Shown here in pieces: positions 1-10,830 of a stretch of DNA of 64,000 bases. The position numbers and the translations under genes were made by a program. Source of the DNA: an uncultured Gammaproteobacteria bacterium (GTDB lineage Bacteria > Pseudomonadota > Gammaproteobacteria > UBA9214); contig CAVVHS010000006.1 of assembly GCA_963748215.1 (NCBI GenBank), positions 128,001 to 192,000 on the forward strand, in the 5' to 3' direction. Positions within the stretch are counted from its first letter, which is position 1. Each line of letters opens with the position of its first letter. The notes below the pieces were generated by a model. The model had not been told where the DNA came from. It did not search any database and saw only the letters and a list, made by a program, of their open reading frames with translations.

Positions 1-249
1 CAGCGGCTCGCCGACGTGCTGGGGCCTGGCCGCGGCAATCACCAGCAGCACCCAGGCCAGGGTCGCCAGGACCAGGCGCAGGCGGTTGGGTGATGTTCGG
101 GTCGGGGAGCCCGTGGCCGCCAGTGCGCCGTCGAACGGCAGTTTCAGGGCCGGTTCCTGTCGGGGAGTGGCGCGCGGCCATACCCGGGCAACGATAAACG
201 GCAGGGGCAGGACAGCCAGGGCCCAGAGCCAGGCAAACTCGATAGTCAT
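1..249 (-). CDS. vWA-domain protein (BatA-like), 5' part; runs off the window start
   Basis: Manual translation MTIEFAWLWALAVLPLP...LAWVLLVIAAARPQHVGEP matches the BatA N-terminus. ATGA overlap with the DUF4381 stop. Not in the ORF track. Confidence 0.85.
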   Translation of the reverse strand, partial: MTIEFAWLWALAVLPLPFIVARVWPRATPRQEPALKLPFDGALAATGSPTRTSPNRLRLVLATLAWVLLVIAAARPQHVGEPL

Positions 250-728
250 GCGCATCTCCCCAGGTTTTGTGTTATCCACTGGCGCGCCAGGGTGATAAGG
301 GCCTCGTTGTCGATGCCTGTCACGTTGTGCAGGGAGCGGTAGGGTGCGCTTGCCAGCACGTTGCCGGCGCCGTTGATGAAGGCGCCATTGCCACCGGTGC
401 GGTCGAGAAACGCCAGCCAGGCATTGCCCGTGAGCGGGGCGACCTCGCGACGGTCAAAGCACATCAGCGCCACCCGGCGCAGCAGGGTGGAAACCCGCGT
501 CGCTACCTGGGCCGGACTGTCTGTGGATAATGATTCCAGTTCACTCAGGATGCGCATACGGCGCCGGCGCCGGCGCCAGGCGGCGGTCAGGCGCCAGCCG
601 CTGTATATCAGCGCACCGAGTATCAACGCCGCCAGCACCCACCAGCCCGGTGCGGGTGGCCAGAATTCCGGTGGCGGGGCGGCCATGATGTCGTGCAGGT
701 CGATCCCTGCCAGCGGTGAGGGCGTCAT
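246..728 (-). CDS. DUF4381 family membrane protein
   Basis: LHDI...WPPAPGWW and LTGNAWLAFLD motifs; usual position in moxR-DUF58-DUF4381-batA operons. Confidence 0.85.
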   Translation of the reverse strand: MTPSPLAGIDLHDIMAAPPPEFWPPAPGWWVLAALILGALIYSGWRLTAAWRRRRRRMRILSELESLSTDSPAQVATRVSTLLRRVALMCFDRREVAPLTGNAWLAFLDRTGGNGAFINGAGNVLASAPYRSLHNVTGIDNEALITLARQWITQNLGRCA

Positions 729-1672
729 GCGGCGTCCCGCTCCGCTGCCTTTGGCCGGGTCAGCTGCTGGCGCAGGCGCTGGCCGACGTCATCCGCCGTG
801 CCGAGCTGAAGCAGCGGTACGGCGCACTGTTGCATCAGTTCACTGGCACGCTGGCGCCGTTCGGCGAAATGACGGGTCCAGGCATCGCGCTGTGCTGCGG
901 AACGCGTGTCAAGTACGCCGCGCCGGTTTCCGGTCATCACCGGGTAGCGTCCGGGCGCGGGTGTCTGTAACTCGAGACGATCCAGGATCTGGCAGGCAAC
1001 GACGTCATTGTGCCTGCGCAACAGTTGCAGGTGACGTTTGCTGTCGCTGTCGAGGTGATAGAAATCGCTGAACATGAAGACCAGGCTGCCCGGGCGTGTC
1101 ACACGGTGCAGGCGCAGCAGTGCGGCGCTGAAACTGCCGGCGGCGTGCTGCAGATCAGTGCCGGCGTTGGCCGGGTCGGCAACGCTCATCAACTCGCGAA
1201 TCAGGTGCAAGGCGCCACGCTGGCCGCGTGTGGGGCGCAGTTCATGGTGCTGGCCGTTGTAAAGCAGTGCGCCGACGCGATCACCGTTCTGTACGGCTGC
1301 CCAGGCAACCAGCGCGGCCGCACGGGCAACGATAATGCTCTTGAAGGCACCCTCGGTGGCGAAGAACATCCCCGGTCCGAAATCGGCCAGGATGACCACG
1401 GGCCGTTCCCGTTCTTCCTGATAGACCTTGACATGGGCGCGTCCTGATCGTGCCGTGACCCGCCAGTCCATGTTGCGCACGTCGTCGCCGGACTGGTAGC
1501 TGCGTGACTCGGCATAGTCCATGCCGCGTCCGCGAAACGGCGAGCGATGATCGCCGGCGATTGCGCTTTGCACTGTCTGCCGCGGGTGCAGGGGCAGGTT
1601 GCCTGCCTGCAGACGCAGACCGATCAGTTCTTCACGGCTGGGCTGGACGCCGTTGGATAGTGGTTGTCTCAC
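725..1672 (-). CDS. DUF58 family protein
   Basis: GRGMDYAESRSYQSGDDVRNMDWRVTAR, MFSDF motifs. Confidence 0.92.
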   Translation of the reverse strand: MRQPLSNGVQPSREELIGLRLQAGNLPLHPRQTVQSAIAGDHRSPFRGRGMDYAESRSYQSGDDVRNMDWRVTARSGRAHVKVYQEERERPVVILADFGPGMFFATEGAFKSIIVARAAALVAWAAVQNGDRVGALLYNGQHHELRPTRGQRGALHLIRELMSVADPANAGTDLQHAAGSFSAALLRLHRVTRPGSLVFMFSDFYHLDSDSKRHLQLLRRHNDVVACQILDRLELQTPAPGRYPVMTGNRRGVLDTRSAAQRDAWTRHFAERRQRASELMQQCAVPLLQLGTADDVGQRLRQQLTRPKAAERDAA

Positions 1673-2679
1673 GACACCGGCACCCGCTCGATGAGTTCAC
1701 TGATAATGCGGTCGGCATCGACCCCTTCCGCCTCGGCCTCGAAGGACACCAGGATGCGGTGGCGCAGGGTATCGTAGGCGACTGACTGCACATCGTCCGG
1801 TGACACATAATCGCGGCCCTGCAGCCAGGCCCGGGCACGTGCGCAGCGGTCGAGTGCAATGGTCCCGCGCGGGCTGGCGCCGTAACTGATCCAGCGCGCC
1901 AGGTCGTCGCTGTAGGCCTGGGGATTGCGGGACGCCAGCAGCAGCTGGACCAGATATTCCTCCACGGCGGGCGACATGTGCATGTCCAGGACCTGCCGTT
2001 GTGCATCGAAAATCTGCTGCTGGGTGACGACGGCAGTGTGTTTGGCGCTGGTCGTCGTGGCCTGCAGTGCGCGGCGGCGCGCCAGGGCCAGAATACGTTT
2101 TTCGGCATCGATCTGCGGGTAGCCAATGCGTATATGCATCAGAAAGCGGTCGAGTTGTGCTTCCGGGAGCGGGTAGGTGCCTTCGTGTTCAATCGGGTTC
2201 TGTGTGGCCATCACCAGGAACAGCCGGGGCAGACGGTACGTGGTCTGTCCGACGGTGATCTGGCGCTCACCCATCGCTTCCAGCAGTGCTGACTGCACCT
2301 TGGCCGGTGCGCGGTTGATTTCGTCGGCCAGCACCAGGTTGTGGAATATCGGCCCCTGCTGGAAGCTGAAACTGCTGTCCTGCGGGTGATACACATCGGT
2401 ACCGGTCAGGTCGCCGGGTAACAGGTCAGGCGTGAACTGCAGGCGGTGGAAATCGCCGTCTATGCGCGCGGCCAGTTCCTTGATGGCGGTGGTCTTTGCC
2501 AGCCCGGGTGCGCCTTCCACCAGCAGGTGGCCGTCGCCCAGCAGTGCGATCAACAGATGCTCGACCAGGGCCTCCTGCCCGATGATGCATTCTTCCAGTT
2601 CCATCCGCAGGCGCCTGAAAGCGGCCTGGGCGGTATGCGCCAGCGGTGATTCTGTTTGCGATGCCGTATCAGTGTTCAT
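1669..2679 (-). CDS. moxR: MoxR family AAA+ ATPase
   Basis: GAPGLAKT, RLQFTPDLLPGD, DEINRA, ATQNPIE, YPLPEAQLDRF. Confidence 0.95.
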   Translation of the reverse strand: MNTDTASQTESPLAHTAQAAFRRLRMELEECIIGQEALVEHLLIALLGDGHLLVEGAPGLAKTTAIKELAARIDGDFHRLQFTPDLLPGDLTGTDVYHPQDSSFSFQQGPIFHNLVLADEINRAPAKVQSALLEAMGERQITVGQTTYRLPRLFLVMATQNPIEHEGTYPLPEAQLDRFLMHIRIGYPQIDAEKRILALARRRALQATTTSAKHTAVVTQQQIFDAQRQVLDMHMSPAVEEYLVQLLLASRNPQAYSDDLARWISYGASPRGTIALDRCARARAWLQGRDYVSPDDVQSVAYDTLRHRILVSFEAEAEGVDADRIISELIERVPVS

Positions 2680-2828
2680 GCCTTTCCCTCGGTTGCTGTG
2701 TGAACAGACTGTCGAATGCTATGGCAGCAGGCTACTTGAAAAGTGCCACGGGATCAGGGGCACACAGGATTAAATCTTTGTAATGAAACGGCCCGTGAAG
2801 GGTGTGGCGTGGCTGTTTCTGCCGTTAC

Positions 2829-4202
2829 TCAGGCCGGGACGGCGGGCGGGAAGCGAATGCAGACACACAATCCTGGATGATTGTCCTGCAACCGGATGTC
2901 GAGGTGGTGCCGTTGCATGACCGCCTGTACCAGGCTCATGCCGAGACCGTTACCCGGCGTGGTACGGCTTTGCTCGAGTCTGAAAAAACGCTGGAAGACC
3001 TGTTCGCGCCGGGCTTCGGGGATGCCCGGGCCGCTGTCACACAGGCGCAGGCCGACAGCGTCGCCGTCTTTCTCCAGTGTCAGGCTGACGCTGCCGAAGG
3101 GCGGCGTGTACTTGATGGCATTGTCCAGCAGGTTGGCCAGCGCCTGGAACAGCAGGTCGCGGTCGCCCTGGAAGATCAGGCCGGTACCGATATTTGCGAC
3201 AAAACGGAGCTGCTTGTCCTCGGCCAGCGGTTCGTACAGTTCCATGACATCGTTGATCAGTACACCCATGTCGATCGGGGTGAAATCAGCAGCGTTTTCC
3301 TCGGATTCGATACGGGCGATGCGCAGCAGGGCGTTGAAGGTGTTCAGCAGCGCATCGGCTTCCTCGAGTGCCTGTTCCAGTGCCGGGCGGCGGGTGTCAC
3401 CGGCACCGCTGTCAAGCTGAAGTTCCTCGATGCGGTTGCGCAGGCGTGCCAGCGGCGTGCGCAGGTCATGGGCAATATTGTCCGAGACCCGGCGTACGCT
3501 TTCCATGAGCAGTTCGATCTGGTCGAGCATGTTGTTCAGGTTGTCTGCCAGCATGTCGAACTCGTCGCCGGTGTGACGGCTGGGTATGCGACGACTGAGA
3601 TCGCCGGACATGATGACACGGCTGGTCTGATTGATGGCTTCGATGCGGTGCAGCGTGCTGCGTCCCATCATGATGCTGCCCAGGCTGCCCAGTATCAGCA
3701 TGATGCCCGCGGCCCAGACCAGGCTCATGCTGATGCGGTGCCGGGTGATTTCCAGATCATGTATATCCCGTCCGACCAGCAGCAGGAAGCCCCCGGACAG
3801 TCGAAACAGGCGTGCGCGTGCGCGATGCGGCTGGGCATCGCTGGTGTCTTTCAGATCGAACTCCAGCCAGCCGGCGTGCATATCGGCGTTGACCGGCCAG
3901 CTGTCGATGTTGCCGACCAGGGGGGCCAGGCTCTGGTCGGTTAACAGATAGACCGAGGCACCTGCCGGGCGGCGTGAGAGGCGTTCACTGATTAATTGTG
4001 TCAGGCCGGCAAGCCCGTCATGCTGATATTGCTCCGTCAGGTCCAGAATCTCGATCTCGATCGTCTTGTCCGTCTGGGAAGAGATATAGCTGACGGTCGA
4101 CCAGTAGATGAAGCCCAGCAATACCAGGACCGAGCTGCCGAACAGCAGCATATAAACCAGCGCCAGCCGAAAGGTGGAGCTGTGTACAAACCGGGTATCC
4201 AT
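2829..4202 (-). CDS. Membrane sensor histidine kinase (HAMP-HisKA-HATPase)
   Basis: Two TM segments, IAHDLRTPL H-box, NLLDNAIKY, DSGPG, GNGLG. Confidence 0.95.
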   Translation of the reverse strand: MDTRFVHSSTFRLALVYMLLFGSSVLVLLGFIYWSTVSYISSQTDKTIEIEILDLTEQYQHDGLAGLTQLISERLSRRPAGASVYLLTDQSLAPLVGNIDSWPVNADMHAGWLEFDLKDTSDAQPHRARARLFRLSGGFLLLVGRDIHDLEITRHRISMSLVWAAGIMLILGSLGSIMMGRSTLHRIEAINQTSRVIMSGDLSRRIPSRHTGDEFDMLADNLNNMLDQIELLMESVRRVSDNIAHDLRTPLARLRNRIEELQLDSGAGDTRRPALEQALEEADALLNTFNALLRIARIESEENAADFTPIDMGVLINDVMELYEPLAEDKQLRFVANIGTGLIFQGDRDLLFQALANLLDNAIKYTPPFGSVSLTLEKDGDAVGLRLCDSGPGIPEARREQVFQRFFRLEQSRTTPGNGLGMSLVQAVMQRHHLDIRLQDNHPGLCVCIRFPPAVPA

Positions 4203-4879
4203 CAGGCGGGGGTTTTCAGGCAGTAGCCGGCACCGCGCACTGTGTGCAACATGGGCGTATCGAAATCCTTGTCGATCTTGCTGCGCAAGCGGCTGATGTG
4301 AACATCGATGACATTCGTCTGGGGATCGAAGTGGTAGTCCCAGACGTTCTCCAGCAGCATGGTGCGCGTGATCACCTGGTCGGCGTGACGCATCAAGTAC
4401 TCCAGCAGGCGAAACTCGCGCGGTAGCAGCTCGATAACCGTGCCATCGCGGGTGACAACACGGGACAACAGGTCAAGTTCCAGCGGACCGACGCCGAGCC
4501 TGGTGCTGCCGGCGTCATGGTCACTTCGGCGATTCAGGGCTTCCAGTCTCGCCAGCAGCTCGGCGAAGGCAAACGGCTTGATCAGATAGTCATCGGCGCC
4601 GGCACGCAACCCGTCAATCCGGTCATTGACGTCGGCCAGCGCACTGAGAATCAGCACCGGTACCTTGTTCTGGCTGGCGCGCAGTTTGCCGATCAGTGTC
4701 AGGCCATCCTGTTCCGGCAGCATGCGGTCTATAATCAGCACATCATAGGCTTGTAACTCGGCCAGCTGCTGGCCCTGCAGGCCATCGACCGCATGATCAA
4801 CCTGGTGACCGTGCCCGACCAGGTTCTTTAGTATATAGGCGGAGGTGTCGGTATCGTCTTCTACAACGAGGATGCGCAT
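4202..4879 (-). CDS. OmpR-family response regulator
   Basis: MRILVVEDD start, DRMLP, KPF, winged-helix HTVRGAGY; coupled to the kinase. Confidence 0.95.
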   Translation of the reverse strand: MRILVVEDDTDTSAYILKNLVGHGHQVDHAVDGLQGQQLAELQAYDVLIIDRMLPEQDGLTLIGKLRASQNKVPVLILSALADVNDRIDGLRAGADDYLIKPFAFAELLARLEALNRRSDHDAGSTRLGVGPLELDLLSRVVTRDGTVIELLPREFRLLEYLMRHADQVITRTMLLENVWDYHFDPQTNVIDVHISRLRSKIDKDFDTPMLHTVRGAGYCLKTPA

Positions 4880-5096
4880 AGCCTGTCTGACCATCACTGA
4901 TTTATTGCCCAGTATAAGCAACAATACGGATAGCGTAGTATGCCGCCTACCGGGAAAATCTGCGTGACGGCGGCCTGCCTGATAACGGGTGTCGTTTATG
5001 TCACCTTTCGGGCTCTCTCATTACATGAACCGGGATATCTATGTCATGGCCCACCCCGCCCCGTGATTTTGAATACAGCGGCAAGGGAAGCTCTGG

Positions 5097-6992
5097 ATGA
5101 CCAGCGACGTTGCAACAGCTGAAGCGCCACCGTCGCCGAATCGCGAGGCCACGGTGGCCGCCCTGGGGGTGGTGTTCGGTGACATCGGTACCAGTCCGTT
5201 GTATGCCTTGCGCGAAAGCTTCGGCGGCGCCGGTGCGCCGGTGCTCGACCGGCCCGATCTGCTGGGCGTGCTGTCGCTGATTATATGGGCGCTGGTGCTG
5301 GTGATATCGATCAAGTACCTGGTCTTCATCCTGCGCGCCGACAACCAGGGGGAGGGTGGCATAATCGCACTGGTCGCACTGCTCAATCCCTGGCGCAGCA
5401 AACCGGTTGAGGCACGTTACTGGCTGATGCTCCTGGGTTTGTTCGGTGCCTGTCTGCTGTATGGTGACGGGACCATAACGCCCGCCATTTCGGTGCTGAG
5501 CGCCGTCGAAGGCCTGCACATTGCTGCGCCGGGGCTGGCCGCCTACGTGGTGCCGGTCACGATCACGATCCTGATCGGCTTGTTTGCCGTGCAACGCTAT
5601 GGCAGCGGCAGGATCGGTCATTTGTTCGGGCCGGTGATGCTGTTGTGGTTTGTGGTGCTGGCGCTGCTGGGGCTGCGCGGTATTGTCATGGAACCGGCTG
5701 TGCTCGAGGCGTTCAACCCCTGGCATGCCATGGTGTTCTTCGCCAACAACGGCATGACCGGTTTTCTCACCCTGGGCGCGGTGTTCCTGGTGGTGACGGG
5801 CGGCGAGGCGCTGTATGCCGACCTCGGACATTTTGGTGTGGCGCCCATCCGGCGCGCCTGGTTCCTGGTCGTGTTCCCGGCGCTGGTATTGAATTACCTG
5901 GGACAGGGTGCGCTGCTGATGCAGCAGCCGGGGGCCATTCAGGCGCCGTTCTTCCACCTGGCGCCGGACTGGGCGGCCATGCCGCTGGTGCTACTGGCCA
6001 CCGTGGCGACGATCATCGCCTCGCAGGCGGTAATCAGCGGCACCTTTTCGCTCACCCGCCAGGCGATCCAGCTCGGACAGTTGCCGCGCATGCAGGTGAT
6101 TTTCACGCAGGCGGAAGAATCCGGCCAAGTGTATCTGCCGCTGGTCAACTGGCTGCTGATGGCGGCCTGCGTGGCGCTGGTCGTGGGTTTCGGCAGCTCG
6201 GATGCGCTGGCCTCCGCCTACGGGGTGGCCGTGTCCATGGACATGGTCGTGACCACCTTGCTGGCCGTGGCGGTGGCGTGGCGTTTCGGCTGGCGTCCGA
6301 TACTGGCGGTGCTTGCCGGCGTGCTGTTCCTGATCATCGACAGCGCATTTCTCGGTGCCAACCTGGTGAAGATACCCGACGGCGGCTGGTACGCGCTGCT
6401 GATTGCCGGGCTGATTTTCCTGCTTATGTGGAGCTGGCGCGCGGGCCGGGCCCTGCTGGCGGCGCGGCTGGCGGAACGCTCGACCACCCGGGAGGTATTT
6501 TTACAGCAGATCGAGACCGATCCACCGTATCGCGTTCCCGGCACCGCAGTCGTCCTGACCAATCATGACGAGTCGATAGTGCCAGTTGCACTCATGCATC
6601 ACATGGCGTGCACGCATGTGTTGCATGAACGGGTCATCTTTCTTACCGTGGTCACAGCCGACCGGCCGCACGTGCCTTCTGCTGAACGCCTGGATTTCGA
6701 AAATCTCGGTTTGGGCGTTATGCGCATGCGTCTTCACTACGGTTTCTCGCAACCACCGAATATCCCGCTTGCGCTCAAGTTTGGCGAACACGTCGGGATT
6801 CCGCTTGATACCGAGTCGATTATCTACATCCTCGGGCGTGTAACGCTGATTGCCAGGCGCGATGTGCCCGGCCTGCCTTTCTGGCAGGAACGGATCTTTG
6901 TCTGGCTGGCACGCAATGCCGCCCGCGCCACAGCCTACTATCACCTGCCGGAAGAACGGGTGCTGGAACTCGGCCTGCAGGTAGTATTGTGA
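5097..6992 (+). CDS. kup: KUP/HAK/KT potassium transporter
   Basis: GVVFGDIGTSPLYA, RADNQGEGG, GGEALYADLGHFG, ASAYGVAV. Confidence 0.96.
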   Translation: MTSDVATAEAPPSPNREATVAALGVVFGDIGTSPLYALRESFGGAGAPVLDRPDLLGVLSLIIWALVLVISIKYLVFILRADNQGEGGIIALVALLNPWRSKPVEARYWLMLLGLFGACLLYGDGTITPAISVLSAVEGLHIAAPGLAAYVVPVTITILIGLFAVQRYGSGRIGHLFGPVMLLWFVVLALLGLRGIVMEPAVLEAFNPWHAMVFFANNGMTGFLTLGAVFLVVTGGEALYADLGHFGVAPIRRAWFLVVFPALVLNYLGQGALLMQQPGAIQAPFFHLAPDWAAMPLVLLATVATIIASQAVISGTFSLTRQAIQLGQLPRMQVIFTQAEESGQVYLPLVNWLLMAACVALVVGFGSSDALASAYGVAVSMDMVVTTLLAVAVAWRFGWRPILAVLAGVLFLIIDSAFLGANLVKIPDGGWYALLIAGLIFLLMWSWRAGRALLAARLAERSTTREVFLQQIETDPPYRVPGTAVVLTNHDESIVPVALMHHMACTHVLHERVIFLTVVTADRPHVPSAERLDFENLGLGVMRMRLHYGFSQPPNIPLALKFGEHVGIPLDTESIIYILGRVTLIARRDVPGLPFWQERIFVWLARNAARATAYYHLPEERVLELGLQVVL

Positions 6993-7017
6993 TGCAGGGG
7001 ATGTAAATGTGTGATTA

Positions 7018-7332
7018 ATAATGGCCACGGAATCCACGGAAGAACACGGAAAAATCAAATGCAGGGTGCTTTTGCGTGCAGGAGCGCATCGCATGGTCAC
7101 TCTCGGCATGGCCCAGGCCAGTATCTCGACCGCTGCGCGGTCTCACCTTCTCCATGCCTCTCGTGACACTCGTACTTCCCTGTCATCGCGCAAACAGGAG
7201 GTGACCGGTTCGGCCGCATACGCGGTCCGCTCCTGCAGGCAGGGGTTCGGGAAAGCGCGCTGGATAATGGCTACGGAATGACGCAGAACGAACAAAATCA
7301 TTCCGTGTTCTACCGTGGATTCCGTGGCTATT
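7018..7332. repeat. CACGGAA-triad repeat copies: forward at 7018 (with REP-like tail), degenerate forward at 7264, inverted at 7301-7332
   Basis: ATAATGGCCACGGAATCCACGGAAGAACACGGAAA, which recurs at 10745, 22977 and within 32560-33055. Confidence 0.85.
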
Positions 7333-7408
7333 GTTTAATAGGCATTGGCCACCGACACCTGCGCTGGCATTGGCGTTTGTGTCCGGCACATATCAGCTGG
7401 GAGTGTTT

Positions 7409-9959
7409 ATGAGCGAACAGGGACAAACCGGTTACCCGAAGGAGCTGCTCCTGACCACGGACGTGGAAGGATTCAATGCCCTGGCCGAGCTGGCGCTGGA
7501 TATGCGCTCGTCGTGGAATCATGCCACCGACCAGGTGTGGCGGCAGCTGGATCCCGTGCTGTGGGAGCTCACGCAGAACCCCTGGGTTGTCCTGCAGACG
7601 GTCTCGCGGGAGAAACTCGAGCGGTGTCTGGCCGATCCCGCTTTCCGCAAGCAACGTTGACGACCTGGTGCAAGCCAGGCGGGATGCGGCGGAGGCACCT
7701 GCGTGGTTTCAGCAAACCTGCCCGCAAGCGCCGCTGAGCTGTGTTGCCTATTTCAGCATGGAATTCATGTTGAGCGAAGCCTTGCCCATCTACTCGGGCG
7801 GGCTCGGCAACGTGGCCGGCGATCAGCTCAAGGCCGCCAGCGATCTGGGCGTGCCGGTCGTCGGCGTGGGGCTGCTCTACCAGCAAGGCTATTTTCGCCA
7901 GGTGATCGACAAGGACGGCGCGCAACAGGCCGCTCTTCCCGTACAACGATCCCGGACAGTTGCCGATCACGCCGTTGCGCCAGGCGAACGGCGAGTGGTT
8001 GCGGCTGGAGATCGCCTTGCCCGGTTACTCGGTCTGGCTGCGCGCCTGGCAGGTTCAGGTCGGTCGCGTGAAGCTGTACCTGCTGGACAGCAATGACGCG
8101 GCGAATTACCCTGCGCATCGGGGCATTACCAGCGAGCTGTACGGCGGCGGGCCGGAGCTGCGCCTGAAACAGGAGATGCTGCTCGGGATCGGCGGCTGGC
8201 GCTTGCTCGCGGCGCTCGGCATTCAGCCGGACGTCTGTCACCTGAACGAAGGGCATGCGGCCTTTGCCGTGCTGGAACGCGCCCGCAGTTTCATGGAAGA
8301 GACCGGACAGCCCTTCGAGGTCGCACTGGCGTCAACGCGCGCGGGCAATCTCTTCACCACCCACACGGCGGTGGCCGCGGGCTTCGATCGTTTCGCGCCG
8401 GCGCTCATCGAGCAATATCTCGGTGGTTATGCCGAACAGAAGCTCGGCATCACGCTCCACGATTTGCTGGCCCTGGGCCGCCAGAACCCGAACGACGCGT
8501 CGGAACCTTTCAACATGGCCTATCTGGCGATCCGCGGCAGCGGGGCGGTCAATGGCGTGAGCCGCCTGCATGGCAGGGTGAGCCGGCATCTGTTCGAGCC
8601 GCTCTTTCCGCGCTGGCCGACGGACGAAGTGCCGGTCGGACACGTGACCAACGGCGTCCACATGCCGACCTGGGACTCGGCGGCGGCCGATGATCTCTGG
8701 ACGGAGGCCTGTGGCAAGGACCGCTGGCTGGGGACGACGGAAACCCTGGAGCAGGACATTCGCCGTGTCTCCGACGCCAGTCTCTGGCAATTTCGCACCG
8801 CCGCCAGCGCAGCGCTGGTTGACTATGCCCGCGAACGCTTGTCCCGGCAACTGGCCGCGTCCGGCGCGTCGCCCGAGGCGGTTGACGCGGCCAGGCATCT
8901 GTTCGATCCCAATACCCTGACGCTGGGCTTTGCACGCCGTTTCGCAACCTACAAGAGACCCAACCTGCTGCTGCACGACCCGGAGCGACTGCTGCGCCTG
9001 CTGACCAATCCGCAGCGCCCGGTGCAGCTCATCATGGCCGGCAAGGCCCATCCGGCGGACCAGGCGGGGCAGGCGCTTGATTCAGCAATGGATACAATTC
9101 ATCCGGCGACCCGAGGTGCGTCCCCATGTGATCTTCCTCAGTGACTACGACATGCATCTGACCGAGCATCTGGTGCAGGGCGTGGATGTCTGGCTCAACA
9201 CGCCGCGTCGCCCCTGGGAGGCGTGCGGCACCAGCGGCATGAAGGTGCTGGTCAATGGCGGCATCAATCTGTCGGAACTGGACGGCTGGTGGGCGGAAGC
9301 CTACACGCCGGAAGTCGGCTGGGCACTGGGGGATGGCCAGGAACATGGTGACGATCCTGCCTGGGATGCTATGGAAGCCGAAGCCCTCTACGATCTGCTC
9401 GAGCGCGAGGTGATCCCCGAGTTTTATACCCGCGACGAACAGGGCATCCCCAGCGCCTGGGTGGCACGGATGCGTGAAAGCATGGCGCGGTTGACACCGC
9501 GCTTTTCCACCAACCGCGCGGTGCGCGAATACACCGAGCAATACTATCTGCCGGCTGGCCGCGGCCTACCGTGAGCGGGCCAGTAACAAGGGCGCAATCG
9601 GCGTGGAGCTGGTGAACTGGCGGCGCACGCTGGAGCAACAATGGACCACGCTGCGTTTCGGCGAATTGAAGCATGAAACCCGTGGCGAGCAGCACGTCTT
9701 CGAGGTCCAGGTCTATCTCGATGATCTCGATCCGGCGGTCGTGCGGGTCGAGCTGTATGCCGATGGTATTGACGGTGACGCACCCGAGCGGGTGGCGATG
9801 CAGCGCGTGCGAGAACTGATAGGGGCAAACAACGGCTACGCCTACCGCGTGGAGGTGCCTGCCACCCGCCCTGTGACGGACTATACGGCACGCGTCATAC
9901 CGCACCGCGACGCGGCAGCAGTTCCTCTGGAAGCGGCTAATATCCTGTGGCAACAATAA
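7409..9959 (+). pseudogene. glgP: Alpha-glucan (glycogen) phosphorylase split by four +1 frameshifts (pseudogene or sequencing error)
   Basis: YFSMEF, YSGGLG, HLNEGH, ARRFATYKR and EACGTSGMK lie in five successive frames. Shifts near 7652, 7930, 9078 and 9558. Confidence 0.85.
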
Positions 9960-9971
9960 TCCAGTGCGAAC

Positions 9972-10445
9972 ATGAGCATCCCCGTACCCACGCTGCATGA
10001 TTACGCAGCCGAAGTCTCCGAACATTCGTCTGTACGAAGGGGTTTCCCGTTGCCGCTGGGAACCCGTGCCTATCGCGGGGGCGTCAACTTCGCCTTGTTC
10101 AGCCGTCATGCCAGCCGTGTCAGGCTGGAATTGTTTGACCAGGCCGCAGATGTAACGCCGTCCCGGTTTGTCGATTTCGGTCCGGTGCGCAACCGTATGA
10201 GTGATATGTGGCACGTCTGGCTGAAGGATATACGGCCTGGCCAGCTGTATGCCTATCGCGTGGACGGCCCGTATCAACCCCGGGAGGGTCATCGCTTCAA
10301 TTTCCACAAGCTGCTGCTCGACCCCTTTGCAACGGCGATAGCAGGGATGCCCGACTGGGATTTCGGGCCGGCGCGCGGATACGACCCGTCGGCACCGGAA
10401 CCGGACCTGGTTTGTTCCCTGCTGAACGACGCCGGTGCCATGTAA
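9972..10445 (+). pseudogene. glgX: Glycogen debranching enzyme, N-terminal fragment only
   Basis: GVNFALFSRHA, GQLYAYRVDGPY, HRFNFHKLLLDPFA; stops before the catalytic domain. Confidence 0.85.
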
Positions 10446-10446
10446 A

Positions 10447-10614
10447 AAAAAGCACGCGCCCTGGTATGTGGTCACTGCGGATGACGAGGAGAACGCCCGG
10501 CTGATTATTTCCCGGATTATTCTCGATGCATTCAGGAAACTGGACATACATTATTCGGAAACCAATGCAAAGCGCTGGCAGGAATTGCAGTCGATACGTC
10601 AGCAGCTGGTGAAG
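10447..10614 (+). pseudogene. Polyphosphate kinase 2 family, C-terminal fragment
   Basis: KHAPWYVVTADDEENARLIISRII is typical of a PPK2 C-terminus; no N-terminal part. Confidence 0.75.
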
Positions 10615-10656
10615 CACGGTTCGGCTGGCAACCGAGCTGGATGTTGTAGAACCAAC

Positions 10657-10828
10657 GTAGGGTGCGCTGTGTGCACCATTGCCGGTGTGTGAAACGCACC
10701 CTGCATTCTGTATGCCATGGCGTGAAAGGTGAAAGGTGGACTGCATAATGGCCACGGAATCAACGGAAGAACACGGAAACACTAAATGCAGGGCCCCGTT
10801 GTGTGCAGGAGCGCTTCGCAAGCGCGAT
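10657..10828. repeat. Composite repeat: inverted GTAG REP pair, GTGAAAG heptamers, CACGGAA triad, second REP
   Basis: GTAGGGTGCGCTGTGTGCACC...AAACGCACCCTGC; GTGAAAGGTGAAAG; ATAATGGCCACGGAATCAACGGAAGAACACGG; GCAGGAGCGCTTCGCAAGCGCGAT. Confidence 0.85.
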
Positions 10829-10830
10829 CT

